DNA from: Granulicatella elegans ATCC 700633
Lineage (GTDB): Bacteria; Bacillota; Bacilli; Lactobacillales; Aerococcaceae
Assembly (NCBI RefSeq): GCF_000162475.2
Contig: NZ_KI391971.1
Coordinates: 134,057 to 158,056 of the forward strand
Reading direction: 5' to 3'
Length of the DNA stretch: 24,000 nucleotides
The notes under the pieces were generated by a model. That model was not told the origin of the DNA and searched no databases. It saw nothing but the letters and a program-made list of their open reading frames with translations. Position 1 is the first letter of the stretch; each line of letters begins with the position of its first letter. This document shows positions 23,719 to 24,000 of the stretch, in pieces. The translations under genes and the position numbers were made by a program.

Positions 23719-23985
23719 ATGTCTGTAAATGATATTTTGTCTGCATTATCGGATGAAAACCGTCGGAAGATTTTAGAAATTTTACGACAGGGAGGAATGA
23801 ATACTGGAGACTTAGCACAGAGCTTACAAATCACACCGCAAGCATTGTCGTATCATTTAAAAAAGTTAAAACAGGCGAATTTAATTTATGAAATAAAGGA
23901 AAAAAACTTTATTTATTATGAATTAAATTTAACAGTTTTAGAAGAGGCAATTGTTTGGATGAATTCAATTATTGGAGGAAAATAA
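23719..23985 (+). CDS. ArsR/SmtB-family (SdpR-like) transcriptional repressor
   Basis: 88 aa. LSDENRRKILEILRQGGMNTGDLAQSLQITPQALSYHLKKLKQANLI is a winged-HTH ArsR signature. An ATG at 23987 opens a further gene that leaves the window. Confidence 0.8.
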   Translation: MSVNDILSALSDENRRKILEILRQGGMNTGDLAQSLQITPQALSYHLKKLKQANLIYEIKEKNFIYYELNLTVLEEAIVWMNSIIGGK

Positions 23986-24000
23986 TATGTTAGTTGAACA

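Overview
24-kb Firmicutes (Lactobacillales-like) window with a sharp discontinuity near nt 2296. All homology calls below are from my own reading of the translations; no database search was run.

Left of the break (1-2296, about 43% GC in a hand-counted 60-nt sample) is a streptococcal-type core block. It holds the metE 3' end, metF, a hairpin-rich intergenic region, and only the first ~50 codons of pnp. At 2296/2297 pnp is cut and abutted, in another frame, to the last ~43 codons of a cell-wall-binding-repeat protein. Everything to the right is more AT-rich (about 32-33% GC in hand-counted samples).

The right-hand 21.7 kb contains, in order:
- an FMN riboswitch with ribU;
- a DUF2087 protein;
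- a DASS/SLC13-like permease with a standalone AroQ chorismate mutase;
- a decayed cluster of immunity-type genes with no toxin gene in view (one poly-A frameshift, several 3' remnants, YezG/DUF600-like and GAD-like/DUF1851 proteins);
- a self-contained tRNA-Tyr/tRNA-Gln operon;
- a small membrane protein;
- a 10-gene (plus one degenerate M42 paralog) lactose/cellobiose-family PTS plus catabolic operon. It encodes a GrdB-N-terminal-like protein, a degenerate M42 paralog broken by an in-frame TAA, an intact M42 peptidase, an Ntn glycosylasparaginase-type amidase, an M20 dipeptidase, CutC and an unknown protein. I read it as a GlcNAc-Asn/glycopeptide salvage locus;
- a TetR-def operon on the minus strand, divergent from a MacB-type ABC ATPase and a 1056-aa double-FtsX permease that carries a ~250-aa XXXLXXG coiled-coil insertion;
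- an ArsR-family regulator whose promoter is bracketed by two related AT-rich palindromes.

No CRISPR array, integrase, transposase or recognised defence system is visible. The items most worth follow-up are the glycopeptide operon with its pseudo-peptidase and unassigned families, the TetR-def/ABC module, the orphan immunity island, and the pnp junction.
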